From a virus (taxonomy: Duplodnaviria; Caudoviricetes), in the IMG/VR virus record IMGVR_UViG_3300044713_000025, positions 1-55,603 of that record: DNA of 55,603 nt, one strand, 5' to 3'. Below, one piece after another: positions 26,849 through 35,975 of the stretch. The translations under genes and the position numbers were made by a program. Positions within the stretch are counted from its first letter, which is position 1, and every line of letters begins with the position of its first letter. The notes under the pieces are model-generated. The model searched no databases, was not told the DNA's origin, and saw only the letters and a list, made by a program, of their open reading frames with translations.

Positions 26849-28668
26849 TAGTGGCGTCTCGCCTTCAGCGCCTCAATCTCGCGCTGCTGGGCTTTAACCA
26901 TGACGACCAACTCGGCCAGGATGGCGTTTGGATCGTAAGCCTGCACTGCGCCCTTGCCATCGAATGTCGATAGCACCGGATTGACGCCATGAACTTGGAA
27001 CGCACCGAAGCCATAGCGACGACCAGGAACCTTTGGGTCTTTGAAGTTGAAGGCGATCGGTTCAAGCGCCATGATATCATGGAATGCGGAAGCCTGCATC
27101 AAAGGAGAGATGTTCAGCTTCAAGTCCTCACGGGAAATCGTGCAACCTGTCGCGCCGCTTTCATAAAGGATTAGACCGCCGGACGTAGCGCAAAGCGCCC
27201 CAGCAATGGTGCCGGACGTTGACAGGTTCGCAGCAGTGAGCGTCGTATTGAGAGTTGCAGCGCCACCCGCAGCAAACGAGAGACGTACAACATTGTTAGT
27301 CGAAAGATTGAGTGGTTCGCTGTTCAGCGTTCCGACGTATAGGCCATTTACTATCTGGGAAAAAGCCTCAGTCGTGCCGTCGTTCATGAACATCGCGGTG
27401 CGATTCCCGGTCCATCCGGTGCTGCCGTTATAGGTATTGCCTACGGCAATGTTCCCTATATTGAAATAGGCCACCCCGTTTGAATCCGTCACGGCATGAG
27501 CGGCCAGAAGTTGCGTAACAAACTGATTGGCGGCGGATGGCGGGAAAATCTGATATGTACCCTGATGCTCGACACGCCCATCATTGCGGCCGATCTGAGC
27601 CACCGCAGACCATGTGCAGGTATCCCAATTCTCGCTTGCGCAATCGGAGTAGACCTCCGCGTTGTCCGTATTGTAATCGGCATACATGCGCCAATGATTT
27701 GGCCCAACATGAACAAGATTCACTCCTTGGGTCGTGCCACTCGTCATCCAACCTGCCCAGTTTCCAGTTCGAGTCGTGACGGTGTAATTTGTGAGCAGAG
27801 CCGATGACGTGCCGCCCTCGACGTAGTAGCTGTTGTTGGCGTTGTTGTAGAACAGGTTGTATTTGCTGCCGACTTGAACCACAGCTTCGTTGAAGATGCC
27901 GGGAGTGGTGCCAGATGACACCGGGATATTGGTACCCGTCACTTCGACTGGCGTACTCCACGTCCACGACGTAGGGATGGCGGTCGGATTGGTCGGATGG
28001 ATTTCCCAGATATTCATGCCTTCCGCGTTAGACGAACAAGCGCCAGCAGTCGGCTTACAGTCAGGGGAAATAGCCAGGAACAGATGTAAATTGTAGCTGC
28101 TATCGATTAGCCAGTACGGCGACCAGATCACCTCATTTGCCGTCGCCCCAGGAATGCTAACGGAAACGTCGGCGTAGGTGCATGCGGGCGAACTGCTGGT
28201 CGGATCAAGGCCGCCCTGGCAGACAAGAAAGCCGAACGATGATGTGGGTGCCGTCACTTGGTTTAGCCACGCGAAAATGGCGTAGCCGTTCCAGAACGTC
28301 ATTACCGGCGAATTGATGTACTCGCCTCCAGTCGCGGTATAGAGAGGCTGCTGGACTATATCCTTCCAGTTGATACCGTCAGAGGACGCCGAAACGTACA
28401 GATTCTGCTGCGGCGTTCCCTCGTGGTGGGATGACAGATAGTAGTTCTGTGGGGTCGGAAGCGCCGTCGTCTGCGTACTCCCGTCCAGGAAGCTAACCCA
28501 TGGATAGCCGTTAGCTATCAGGGCATTCATCGTATAGTAGTTCGTGTTGGGATTGGTGCCCCCATAAAAGAGACCGGCTGTTCCTAGATCGGTCCCTCGC
28601 ATTGTGTCGGGAGAGATAAACGCACAGACCAGAATCAGCAGCGCACCAAGGAAAGTGTAGCGTTTCAC
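26848..28668 (-). CDS. Tailspike-like glycoside hydrolase (beta-propeller) with C-terminal S74-type intramolecular chaperone
   Basis: SSDGINW, IWSPYW, WSTPV and HQGT blades; C-terminal S.EDLKLNI...LEPIAFNFK..YGFGAFQV..LV..VKAQQREIEALK. Confidence 0.7.
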   Translation of the reverse strand: MKRYTFLGALLILVCAFISPDTMRGTDLGTAGLFYGGTNPNTNYYTMNALIANGYPWVSFLDGSTQTTALPTPQNYYLSSHHEGTPQQNLYVSASSDGINWKDIVQQPLYTATGGEYINSPVMTFWNGYAIFAWLNQVTAPTSSFGFLVCQGGLDPTSSSPACTYADVSVSIPGATANEVIWSPYWLIDSSYNLHLFLAISPDCKPTAGACSSNAEGMNIWEIHPTNPTAIPTSWTWSTPVEVTGTNIPVSSGTTPGIFNEAVVQVGSKYNLFYNNANNSYYVEGGTSSALLTNYTVTTRTGNWAGWMTSGTTQGVNLVHVGPNHWRMYADYNTDNAEVYSDCASENWDTCTWSAVAQIGRNDGRVEHQGTYQIFPPSAANQFVTQLLAAHAVTDSNGVAYFNIGNIAVGNTYNGSTGWTGNRTAMFMNDGTTEAFSQIVNGLYVGTLNSEPLNLSTNNVVRLSFAAGGAATLNTTLTAANLSTSGTIAGALCATSGGLILYESGATGCTISREDLKLNISPLMQASAFHDIMALEPIAFNFKDPKVPGRRYGFGAFQVHGVNPVLSTFDGKGAVQAYDPNAILAELVVMVKAQQREIEALKARRH

Positions 28669-28976
28669 CCTTCATTCCCCTGCGCAAAGCTGACCGCCAG
28701 CGTCACCGTCCCGCCCGGTATGATCGCCCCGCCAGTCAGACATGGCCAGTTCAGCGTGTAGACCGTCCCTGCTGTGGTGCTGGCCGGAATGGTCAGAATG
28801 GTATTCCCCGCTGCCTGCGTGGTCCCCGCCGAGTCGATCACATAGCTTGCATTGGCGGCGCTGACGTTCACCACCACCCGGTAGATCGTGCCAACGCCAG
28901 TAAAGAGCTGCGTGGCCGCTGTGACATTGAGGGCGCTATAGCCCCCGTCGCCGACGTTGCGCGTTGGAACTGTCAT
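28665..28976 (-). CDS. Small beta-rich virion protein
   Basis: Coupled ORF; T/A/G-rich. Confidence 0.6.
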   Translation of the reverse strand: MTVPTRNVGDGGYSALNVTAATQLFTGVGTIYRVVVNVSAANASYVIDSAGTTQAAGNTILTIPASTTAGTVYTLNWPCLTGGAIIPGGTVTLAVSFAQGNEG

Positions 28977-29461
28977 GCTACCCGTATCACCTGTTGAGCG
29001 CCGTGCTGGAAGTTAAAGCCTATCCATAGAATCCCGCTGCCAGCCGGCGGTGAGGTTGTTGACAGGTTGCTGGCTCCTGTAGCCAGAAGCTGGTCGGACG
29101 TAATCCGGCCAAAGGTCATGGGCGGCGCTCCAGGCTGCCTGACCCCACCAGGAACGACCACGATAGCGTCGATCCCAGACCCGCCAGGACTCCACCACAC
29201 AGCCCCAGGCGGCAAGCCTGCTGGTGACGTAGGCCACGGCTTGTTGGCCCCATCCCACATCAAGGCGCCACCAGTGTTCGTCAAACCGCTGTCAGGATTA
29301 TTCGGGTAGGTTGGCAGCGTATCCACGAACAGCCGCCCGTTGCTGAACTCATACACCCACGGTTGTAGGGACAGACGGACAAAGTTCGGGTCCGCCTCCT
29401 GGACCATCTGACGCCAAGAGAGGATGCGAGTCGGCGGCGCGGGAGAGGAAACGTAGGCCAA
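28973..29461 (-). CDS. Hypothetical protein (Pro/Gly-rich, PTSP.GLPPGAVW motif)
   Basis: Coupled ORF. Confidence 0.6.
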   Translation of the reverse strand: MAYVSSPAPPTRILSWRQMVQEADPNFVRLSLQPWVYEFSNGRLFVDTLPTYPNNPDSGLTNTGGALMWDGANKPWPTSPAGLPPGAVWWSPGGSGIDAIVVVPGGVRQPGAPPMTFGRITSDQLLATGASNLSTTSPPAGSGILWIGFNFQHGAQQVIRVA

Positions 29462-29463
29462 TG

Positions 29464-29730
29464 TCAGCCCTTGACCTTGAAGTCGCCGCGATCGGTCTTG
29501 ATGGGCGATAGGGTCTGGGTCTTGTGGCCACCCCCAAGTAGCTTGTTGGCCTTACTGTCGATCTTGGCCTCCACACCCGGAGACATGCGACCAGCGTTCA
29601 CTGCCTGCGAAGCGCGAGCCTTAGCGTTTTTCGCATGTGCAGCATCCGGCATGGGATACTTGCGTTCACCCGGCAGTCCAAAGGTGGACTTGGGCAGCGC
29701 GTTGCGCCGCTTGGTGCTAAGTAGCGCCAT
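29464..29730 (-). CDS. DUF6582-like small basic protein
   Basis: RNALPKSTFGLPGERKYPMPDAAHAKNAKAR. Confidence 0.75.
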   Translation of the reverse strand: MALLSTKRRNALPKSTFGLPGERKYPMPDAAHAKNAKARASQAVNAGRMSPGVEAKIDSKANKLLGGGHKTQTLSPIKTDRGDFKVKG

Positions 29731-29992
29731 CGGTCGGTTCCTCCGCTGGCGGGGCTTCCGGTGGGGCTACAGGCTCGGCCTCAGCCACTGGCGCCTCTGG
29801 CTCGGGTTCCGGCAGCGGCGTCACCTCGACAGGTTCTGGCGCTGGCTCCGGGGCGGTTGGCTCGAATAGCGATGCAGCATCTGATGCCGCCTCACGGGCC
29901 ACTTCGGCAATCGCGGCATACATCCGCTTGACCGCAGGATGGTCCGGGTTGGATGACACCCACCACGGCAACTGATCGACCATGTTAGTCAC
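29717..29992 (-). CDS. Pro/Glu-rich hypothetical protein
   Basis: GGAGG RBS; low-complexity PE tail. Confidence 0.55.
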   Translation of the reverse strand: MTNMVDQLPWWVSSNPDHPAVKRMYAAIAEVAREAASDAASLFEPTAPEPAPEPVEVTPLPEPEPEAPVAEAEPVAPPEAPPAEEPTDGAT

Positions 29993-30305
29993 GGGCACTT
30001 CCTCCCCCTGTGAACCCTTGCCGCATAACGGAGCGGCTGACCGTGGATCGGTGCTTGCCGAACAGCTTGCCGACTTGGCTCTGTGTGTGGTGCTCGGTGA
30101 GGCGCCCCATATGCTCGGCGCGGGATTTGGGCGAACCCTTGGGCCGCATGGCCTTGTCGCCCGTCTTGTTCGCAATGGCGATGGCTTCGCCTTCTGGCAT
30201 ACCCTTGTTAACGAGCGTGGTAGCCTGATCCGCCGCCTTTGCAGCAGCCGGACCCTTCAGCTTATGGTTGTGCTTCTCAGCAAAGCTGCGCGCGTCCCAG
30301 GGCAT
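29985..30305 (-). CDS. ChaB/YdaT-like protein with C-terminal HTH
   Basis: MPW...A..A..L...GMPEGEAIAIAN, then TQSQVGKLFGKHRSTVSR. Confidence 0.55.
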   Translation of the reverse strand: MPWDARSFAEKHNHKLKGPAAAKAADQATTLVNKGMPEGEAIAIANKTGDKAMRPKGSPKSRAEHMGRLTEHHTQSQVGKLFGKHRSTVSRSVMRQGFTGGGSARD

Positions 30306-30329
30306 CGGCGCTCCTCACAATCAGGCGCG

Positions 30330-30358
30330 TCTATACCATTCGCATATACGCCTGTCTA
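30330..30358 (-). promoter_or_regulatory. Candidate promoter of the structural operon
   Basis: TAGACA-17-TATAGA with extended TG, just downstream of a terminator. Confidence 0.55.
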
Positions 30359-30376
30359 TGCGTTAGTGCCCCAACG

Positions 30377-30414
30377 AAAAGAGCCGCCCAGTCCAGGAGG
30401 GGAGCGGGCGGCTC
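30377..30414 (-). terminator. Intrinsic terminator
   Basis: 9-bp stem GAGCCGCCC/GGGCGGCTC followed by TTTTCGTT on the minus strand. Confidence 0.8.
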
Positions 30415-30489
30415 AGTCTGCGATCAACACGGAATGTTTCAAGTGGGGAGCATCCCCTAGCACGTCGCATCCGAGTCGGCAACGGAAAG

Positions 30490-30675
30490 CTACGCAGCCG
30501 CCCGCGCTGATCGCGTCCGAACCATTGGAACAGGAACCGTGCGCTCGGGCATGGCGTCCGTCGCCCGCTTCGCCATCTTGCACCACTGGTCCAGAAACGC
30601 CCCCTCCAGCGGCTCCTCCTGCTGGCCATACAGCGCCTTCGCCACCGTCTCCAGCTCGCTACGTGTTACCTGCAT
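30490..30675 (-). CDS. Hypothetical protein
   Basis: GGGAG RBS. Confidence 0.6.
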   Translation of the reverse strand: MQVTRSELETVAKALYGQQEEPLEGAFLDQWCKMAKRATDAMPERTVPVPMVRTRSARAAA

Positions 30676-30685
30676 GATCGTCTCC

Positions 30686-30934
30686 CTATTGTTTGCCTTG
30701 GCGGTCCCATCTGGCCTTCGATTCGGCTTGCCTTGCCCAATGCAGCATCCGAGATGACAATACCCGGAGATAGGCAGTCATCGCCATATATTGCTCATGC
30801 AGAAGGGCCGCTTCCGCATGATCAACTGATCCATAAGCCGGGGATACCAGAAAGGCTCCTAGTCGCGTTATCCCCTTGTGAAGATCGATCGCTTCCTGCT
30901 CTACGTGAGTCTGCCATGGCTCCCTATCGCCCAT
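30686..30934 (-). CDS. crAss001_48-like helical hairpin protein
   Basis: V..E...L...I.RL..FL......LL.EQY.AM..YL.VL..R pattern. Confidence 0.65.
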   Translation of the reverse strand: MGDREPWQTHVEQEAIDLHKGITRLGAFLVSPAYGSVDHAEAALLHEQYMAMTAYLRVLSSRMLHWARQAESKARWDRQGKQ

Positions 30935-31271
30935 TATCGTCTCCCATTGTTGAAATGCACTGGTCCAATAGCGCCAGTGCTTCGGCGTGGTCGTGCATGT
31001 CAGCCCAGCGAGCCACCCGGTAGCGCACTCCATCCTTAGCCGGTGCCAGCACAGCGCCGAGCGGCTTCAGCATATGCTCGTTCGGCATGTCCTCGCCAGC
31101 CGCACGGGCAATAGCGCCAGCAATGCACCAGCAAGCCGCTTGCGGACTGTTGGCGTCACAGATCAGACCTTCCTTGGTCCAAGCCCAGCCCCAGCGAGCC
31201 TGCGCCCGGTAATGCGCGGGATCGGCGATAAGCGCTCGTGCCGCCTCATACATCGCCTTGGTGGGATTCAT
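30924..31271 (-). CDS. DUF6197-like protein
   Basis: ARALIADP, CWCIAGAI, W.D..DHAEALALLD. Confidence 0.6.
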   Translation of the reverse strand: MNPTKAMYEAARALIADPAHYRAQARWGWAWTKEGLICDANSPQAACWCIAGAIARAAGEDMPNEHMLKPLGAVLAPAKDGVRYRVARWADMHDHAEALALLDQCISTMGDDNGR

Positions 31272-31274
31272 GGC

Positions 31275-31481
31275 TCATACCACATCGGCATACACTTTCC
31301 GATATTCAGTCCTCACAGCGGCAGCAAATGCAGCCCAACGATCCCAGGAGCCGAATTGCTGAACGATGCCTTCCTGCCGGCTTCGAGGGAGAATTAACGG
31401 CCCAAACCTCCTCAGTACCCGCTTCACTACTGCGTCGAGTCTGTCCTCATTTGTAAATCCCCTGCGCTGCCTAGACACCAT
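31275..31481 (-). CDS. Hypothetical protein
   Basis: Fills the gap after TerL. Confidence 0.5.
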   Translation of the reverse strand: MVSRQRRGFTNEDRLDAVVKRVLRRFGPLILPRSRQEGIVQQFGSWDRWAAFAAAVRTEYRKVYADVV

Positions 31482-34209
31482 CGGCATACACCCTGACCAC
31501 TTCCCGCGTCCTCGATGGAGGAGCCGGAGCCATCGCATCCATATCATACAGCCGCGAACAGGCGTCCAGCAGGTCGTCATGCAGCCCGAACGGGAACATC
31601 CGATATTCCTCCAGAAACCGGCACGTCACGTCGTACCGCCCTCCCCCGGCCCTTGGACTGGGCAGCGTCGGGTCTCGCGTAATCAGAGCCCGCGCTATCA
31701 AGTCCTCGCTCCCGCCCTCCAGCGCCTCTTTCATGACCCGCGAATCCCCTCGCCAGTCGTCATATACAATAGACCCCTGATCGCGGGATTCGCTATCGGT
31801 AATGACCCGCCAGACCTTGGCCTTCCCTTCATGCAGCACCGGTCCCGGCAGAAAGAACCGGCCGTTCCGAAAGTCCGGTTCCAGCCTTTGCACCCGCTCC
31901 TGCTTGGAGTTCCCGCCCTCGCGCGGCCATGAAAGCTCTAGGATCGGGAAATAGGCGTTCGGTATCTTGCGCCGCTGCTCCAGGTCCATCTGCTCCCGGA
32001 AGTACTCCTCATCGGCCTGCATACCGAACCGTTCCCAGCCCACAGCAATGTGCTGGACGCCGCGCATCTTCGACCAGCGGTGATATAACCCCCTGAGAGC
32101 CAGCCACCGTTGGGAGAGCGTCATGCGGTGGCAAACCCCATCGAGGAGGAACTTAGCTCCATTGGACGCAATCCCGACCACAGCAATAGCTGTGTTGTCG
32201 CTCGTCGCATGCCGCCCAGCGCTAGGGTCGCCCATGATGTAGACATTCAGTGTCCGTGGCCTGACTTCGTAAGCCTTCAGCCATTCCGTACGGAATGTAG
32301 CCTCGTCGTCCGCCATCGGGTTCTGCAATTGCTGCGCTGCAATAATCTGGCGGCTTGAAGTCCGTAGCTTGTCGGCCCAGCGTTCATCACTCCAGAATAC
32401 CGGCTGGCCGTCAAACCGTCCGTTGTGCGTTGCGGGAAAGATACGCGGCTCAGCCGCCTTGCGCTCCATGATGGTGCTGTACGTGTCATTAAGCTGATAG
32501 CGGGTTCCGATATATCGAACCACGCCAGCATCAGACCCAAGGTTCTGCGACATATCCCAGGCATCGGTGGTTTTCTTCACCATCTCTGGCGACATGATCT
32601 CTGGTACCACGTCATCATACACCCGCAGCTTGAAGTGAGCGCCCGTAGGCTGGCCGTCTACAAGGCCATAAGCCTCAATGGTTGCCTCTTTGGGGTTGCC
32701 CTGCCGCCTGACGATCAATCCTCCATCCTCAGACCATTTAGGCGACTGACGAGCAGGATCGGGCCAGAGTATCTCAGGATAGAGGTGCTTCAGCCATTCG
32801 TTGTCCTCTAGTTCCCGCTTGATCTGCTTCAGGAAGCCCTTGGCGATTGGACGCGTGTGGCTAAAGATGCCAACGGTAATCTCTGGATTGCACAGCACAT
32901 CGCGGACGGTCAGACCAAACGTGATTATGCTGCTGTTATGCGTGGGGATAAGCTGGTGCCCCACGCAATAGTGCCCTCCTTCCACCTGTATGCAGTTAGT
33001 GGGGACTGACGGGATCGGTTCAATTGAGGCAACCATTCGGGTATCGCGGTGCAAAGGCGCATAGATAGCACGGTCAGCCTTGCGTGGCATTAAAAACGGA
33101 TTTCGGTCCTTATGTGCTTGGAATGACACTTGCCAAAAGACATTCTGGCCTCCTTTGTACTTTCCAACGTAACGGCGCTGTCTGGGCCTAAGCCCAAGCG
33201 AACATGCCAATTCGTAGACATCATTCGCTAGGCACGTATTGGACTGCACAAAGGTTGCGGTCCCTCTTGTGTTACAATGACCGTCCGTATCCATGAGACC
33301 CCAGAGCAAACGGAGCCGCTGGTAAATGGACGACCGCTTATAGATGGAGGGAATATGCTTGTTTCGCACCAACCCTAAGTCTCTTAGGGCATTCATTACA
33401 TCAGACGAGAACCGATTGCCTCGCACCCCGCTCCCTATTCTCAGGGACACCGCATTGGAATGCTTAACTCTAACAACTCCAACGCCGCTTTGGGATAGAA
33501 CTTCCTCCATATGATCTGCATCGGAATGAGCAGCCGTGATCTTTGGTCCTCCTGAAGTTCCATCCCCAAGCCAAGCGCCTAGTACATAAGGGTCCAAAGG
33601 TAATTTTATTTCCGGATATCTGAGCGCAGCACAGACACCAACATCACGGCGACCTCTCATTTGGCGCATCTCGTCAGTGGTGACGATTTCCTGCGCGAAG
33701 TCCGTCCGTCGATCTTTTTTACCAACCCGGCGTCTAATCTTACGACGCAACGTCCACTGATGACCCGCCCCAGCTATGAGGTATGCCCCATCATTGAACC
33801 TGACCATCCGACAAGCGGAGTCAGTGAAATGTGGAGTAACCGCTAACACTGCCACCTCTTGGCCGTCAGGCGCGAATACTAGGTCGCCAACGGAAAGGTC
33901 ACCATGCGTTGCCCAGCCACGATTAGCCGTGAGAACTGGTGTATCAGTCGCTAGGTCTTTGTAATGTTCGCGTGCCCATAGGTCCAACATACCATCCGGG
34001 TTAGCCTGGACCTCCCGGCAGCGCTGGAACAGCCAGTCGTGGTTTAGGTCAGGACGCCTTAGCAATCGGACCAACAGGTAGAACAGGTCATTACGCCCTA
34101 GCCAGCGCTCAGCCTCGCGCCAAGCCTCCCCACCGGCCGCTTTCGCGTCCAGCTCTATCTGGCGATAGAACCGGAGCGAGTGGATGCGGTCAGTGGGAAG
34201 CGGGATCAT
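31471..34209 (-). CDS. terL: Terminase large subunit (intein-containing)
   Basis: Walker A REHYK|S, Walker B VYDDVV, IGTRY, nuclease motifs GDPS, DNTA and HDDLLDA. Confidence 0.95.
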   Translation of the reverse strand: MIPLPTDRIHSLRFYRQIELDAKAAGGEAWREAERWLGRNDLFYLLVRLLRRPDLNHDWLFQRCREVQANPDGMLDLWAREHYKDLATDTPVLTANRGWATHGDLSVGDLVFAPDGQEVAVLAVTPHFTDSACRMVRFNDGAYLIAGAGHQWTLRRKIRRRVGKKDRRTDFAQEIVTTDEMRQMRGRRDVGVCAALRYPEIKLPLDPYVLGAWLGDGTSGGPKITAAHSDADHMEEVLSQSGVGVVRVKHSNAVSLRIGSGVRGNRFSSDVMNALRDLGLVRNKHIPSIYKRSSIYQRLRLLWGLMDTDGHCNTRGTATFVQSNTCLANDVYELACSLGLRPRQRRYVGKYKGGQNVFWQVSFQAHKDRNPFLMPRKADRAIYAPLHRDTRMVASIEPIPSVPTNCIQVEGGHYCVGHQLIPTHNSSIITFGLTVRDVLCNPEITVGIFSHTRPIAKGFLKQIKRELEDNEWLKHLYPEILWPDPARQSPKWSEDGGLIVRRQGNPKEATIEAYGLVDGQPTGAHFKLRVYDDVVPEIMSPEMVKKTTDAWDMSQNLGSDAGVVRYIGTRYQLNDTYSTIMERKAAEPRIFPATHNGRFDGQPVFWSDERWADKLRTSSRQIIAAQQLQNPMADDEATFRTEWLKAYEVRPRTLNVYIMGDPSAGRHATSDNTAIAVVGIASNGAKFLLDGVCHRMTLSQRWLALRGLYHRWSKMRGVQHIAVGWERFGMQADEEYFREQMDLEQRRKIPNAYFPILELSWPREGGNSKQERVQRLEPDFRNGRFFLPGPVLHEGKAKVWRVITDSESRDQGSIVYDDWRGDSRVMKEALEGGSEDLIARALITRDPTLPSPRAGGGRYDVTCRFLEEYRMFPFGLHDDLLDACSRLYDMDAMAPAPPSRTREVVRVYADGV
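32935..33957 (-). mobile_element. Class 3 intein with LAGLIDADG homing endonuclease (341 aa)
   Basis: Block A DLATDTPVLT..GW, block B AGHQW, LGAWLGDG and LWGLMDTDG, block F TNCIQV, block G IPTHN|S. Confidence 0.93.
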
Positions 34210-34664
34210 GGTTTGGGCGGACTGCCCAGACAATTGCTCATCGGGGCATTCATTATGGCTTCATAGGTCGCCTTGGCGGCTGCCTGTGCCGCTGCTTGCA
34301 TGGGGTTATATTCGGTAACTTTGGGCGTTGTCTGTGGTTCCTGCGCCCGCAGCGCCTCGATGAAGGCCAGTCGCCACCATTGGCGGCTCTGCATGGCCTC
34401 TACAGCCGCCTTGGCAATGCGTCTGGCCACTTCATGCTCATCGCCTCGGGCAACATCCCATGGCGTTGCAGCGGCTTGCATGAGGAAGCTCGCCAGCTCG
34501 TTGAGCGTCTCGGACGGGATCGGCTCGCCTGGGGGAGATATGGCTTGCGGCATGGGCGCCCCGAGTCGGCCTTGGTCGCCTAACGCAGACAATCCAGACC
34601 CGCAGCGCGGGCAGAGTTCGCCCGCGAACATGCCATGGGTGGCGCAGTGGTTAAGCTGGGTCAT
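34206..34664 (-). CDS. Hypothetical protein with N-terminal Zn ribbon
   Basis: CATH...CPRC. Confidence 0.6.
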   Translation of the reverse strand: MTQLNHCATHGMFAGELCPRCGSGLSALGDQGRLGAPMPQAISPPGEPIPSETLNELASFLMQAAATPWDVARGDEHEVARRIAKAAVEAMQSRQWWRLAFIEALRAQEPQTTPKVTEYNPMQAAAQAAAKATYEAIMNAPMSNCLGSPPKP

Positions 34665-34804
34665 GAGAGAATCCGGTACTTGCCGATGAACCAAGAACGC
34701 CAGCCGTCAAGTAGAACGACGCCAAATCGCCAGCCGTCCTTGCCCCACTGAATACTTACGACAACGCGGCCATTGGCATCAAACGGACCACGGACTAATC
34801 TCAT
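34661..34804 (-). CDS. Small hypothetical protein (47 aa)
   Basis: ATGA overlaps at both ends; below the track size cutoff. Confidence 0.5.
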   Translation of the reverse strand: MRLVRGPFDANGRVVVSIQWGKDGWRFGVVLLDGWRSWFIGKYRILS

Positions 34805-35067
34805 TTCGCCTTCCCCGTTCGGAAGCGGGGCGTAACCTCAGTACGAGCCAGCGACTGGACGATATTAGCTTTGGGAGCGACTGGAACGAGCTGGCGCTCG
34901 GATGGTCCCCAATGCTTATCGCCCGTTTCCAGGACTGAGCCGCGCATCTGACGCCGGATCAGCTCGGACATGGAGACGGAGTGGACCTGCGCCCGCTTAC
35001 GCCAGTCGGCCAGTTCTGCTGGCGTCACCCTGATCTCGACCACCTCAGTTTTCGCCTGTCCGGACAT
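34801..35067 (-). CDS. RHH (MobC/CopG-like) regulator, leaderless
   Basis: KTEVVEIRVTPAELADW..RA....VSMSELIR. Confidence 0.75.
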   Translation of the reverse strand: MSGQAKTEVVEIRVTPAELADWRKRAQVHSVSMSELIRRQMRGSVLETGDKHWGPSERQLVPVAPKANIVQSLARTEVTPRFRTGKAK

Positions 35068-35103
35068 TGTGGGGACAGTAATCCAGCTTGTCCCTACAGT
35101 CAA
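35068..35103 (-). promoter_or_regulatory. Promoter with overlapping inverted-repeat operator
   Basis: TTGACT-17-TACTGT-7-ATG; inverted repeat TGTGGGGACA (35068-35077) / TGTCCCTACA (35089-35098). Confidence 0.7.
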
Positions 35104-35107
35104 CGAC

Positions 35108-35455
35108 TTAGTGCCGCGTTTCCTCTGCCTCTTTGGTCACGGCGAGCGCTCGGCCAATCAAGTCCTCGATCGGCGCGCGGTTGTCCTCTATCGCATGGAG
35201 AATCGGGCCGCCATCCTTACCCGTCAGCTCATTCGGCTGCACTGGATTGCCCCACGCCCGGTTTAACAGCGCTACGCAAGCCATTGGCGAGGCTTTGGGA
35301 TTATCGCTAGCCATCCAGAAAGTCAGGCGTTTGATGGCTTCTGGCGTGTGCTGACGGGCGAGGGCTTGAACATCGACGATTTGCTTAGGTCTGCCGCCCG
35401 GATTGCCAGACTGACCCTTCTTCCATGACCCAGGAGTAGAAGATCGCTTTGCCAT
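35108..35455 (-). CDS. terS: Terminase small subunit (DUF5681-type N-terminus)
   Basis: WKKGQSGNPGGRPK, LLNRAWGNP.Q, ELTGKDGGPI; upstream of TerL. Confidence 0.8.
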   Translation of the reverse strand: MAKRSSTPGSWKKGQSGNPGGRPKQIVDVQALARQHTPEAIKRLTFWMASDNPKASPMACVALLNRAWGNPVQPNELTGKDGGPILHAIEDNRAPIEDLIGRALAVTKEAEETRH

Positions 35456-35555
35456 GAGTGTTATTTAACTGATCTGAGCATAAGATGGTAGCTGGTTAGA
35501 ACGCAAGATTATTACGTGCGTTGGTGTTGACTTGCACGACGGATTGTAGGATTGT

Positions 35556-35975
35556 GTGGTTATCGAGAGCGGGGGTCCGGCGGGACACAAGGTCGAGAGT
35601 TTGGGTCCGACGAGACTAGACGCCAGCGATCGGACAAGGAGGCTCGCTAGAGAGGGACGTTTGGCCGTAATCCAGTCGAGCGCTCCATTTGATTATCTTA
35701 GGGTGCAGATGCCAATTTCTCCTGGGGCATCTGGTGGGCCATTGATCGACGAGAACAATAAAGTCATCGGCATTATTGATGCCGAGCCGTTCGGTTTTCC
35801 CCCAGACGTAGGGCAGCTTGCCCAGACTTACGGTGCCGGCCACATGATATCTTCGGGAGTTTTTATCGCTGGCGTCGATATATCGCGCGCAGTCGGAGAG
35901 CTAGCATATGCAATTATCGAGGGGGTGTCACCCGGCTCTGGTTATGGGATGCCGATTGAGTATCTACATCAATAG
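35556..35975 (+). pseudogene. C-terminal fragment of a trypsin-like serine protease
   Basis: PISPGASGGPLID..NKVIGI contains the catalytic Ser motif, but no His/Asp motifs are present upstream. Confidence 0.6.
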
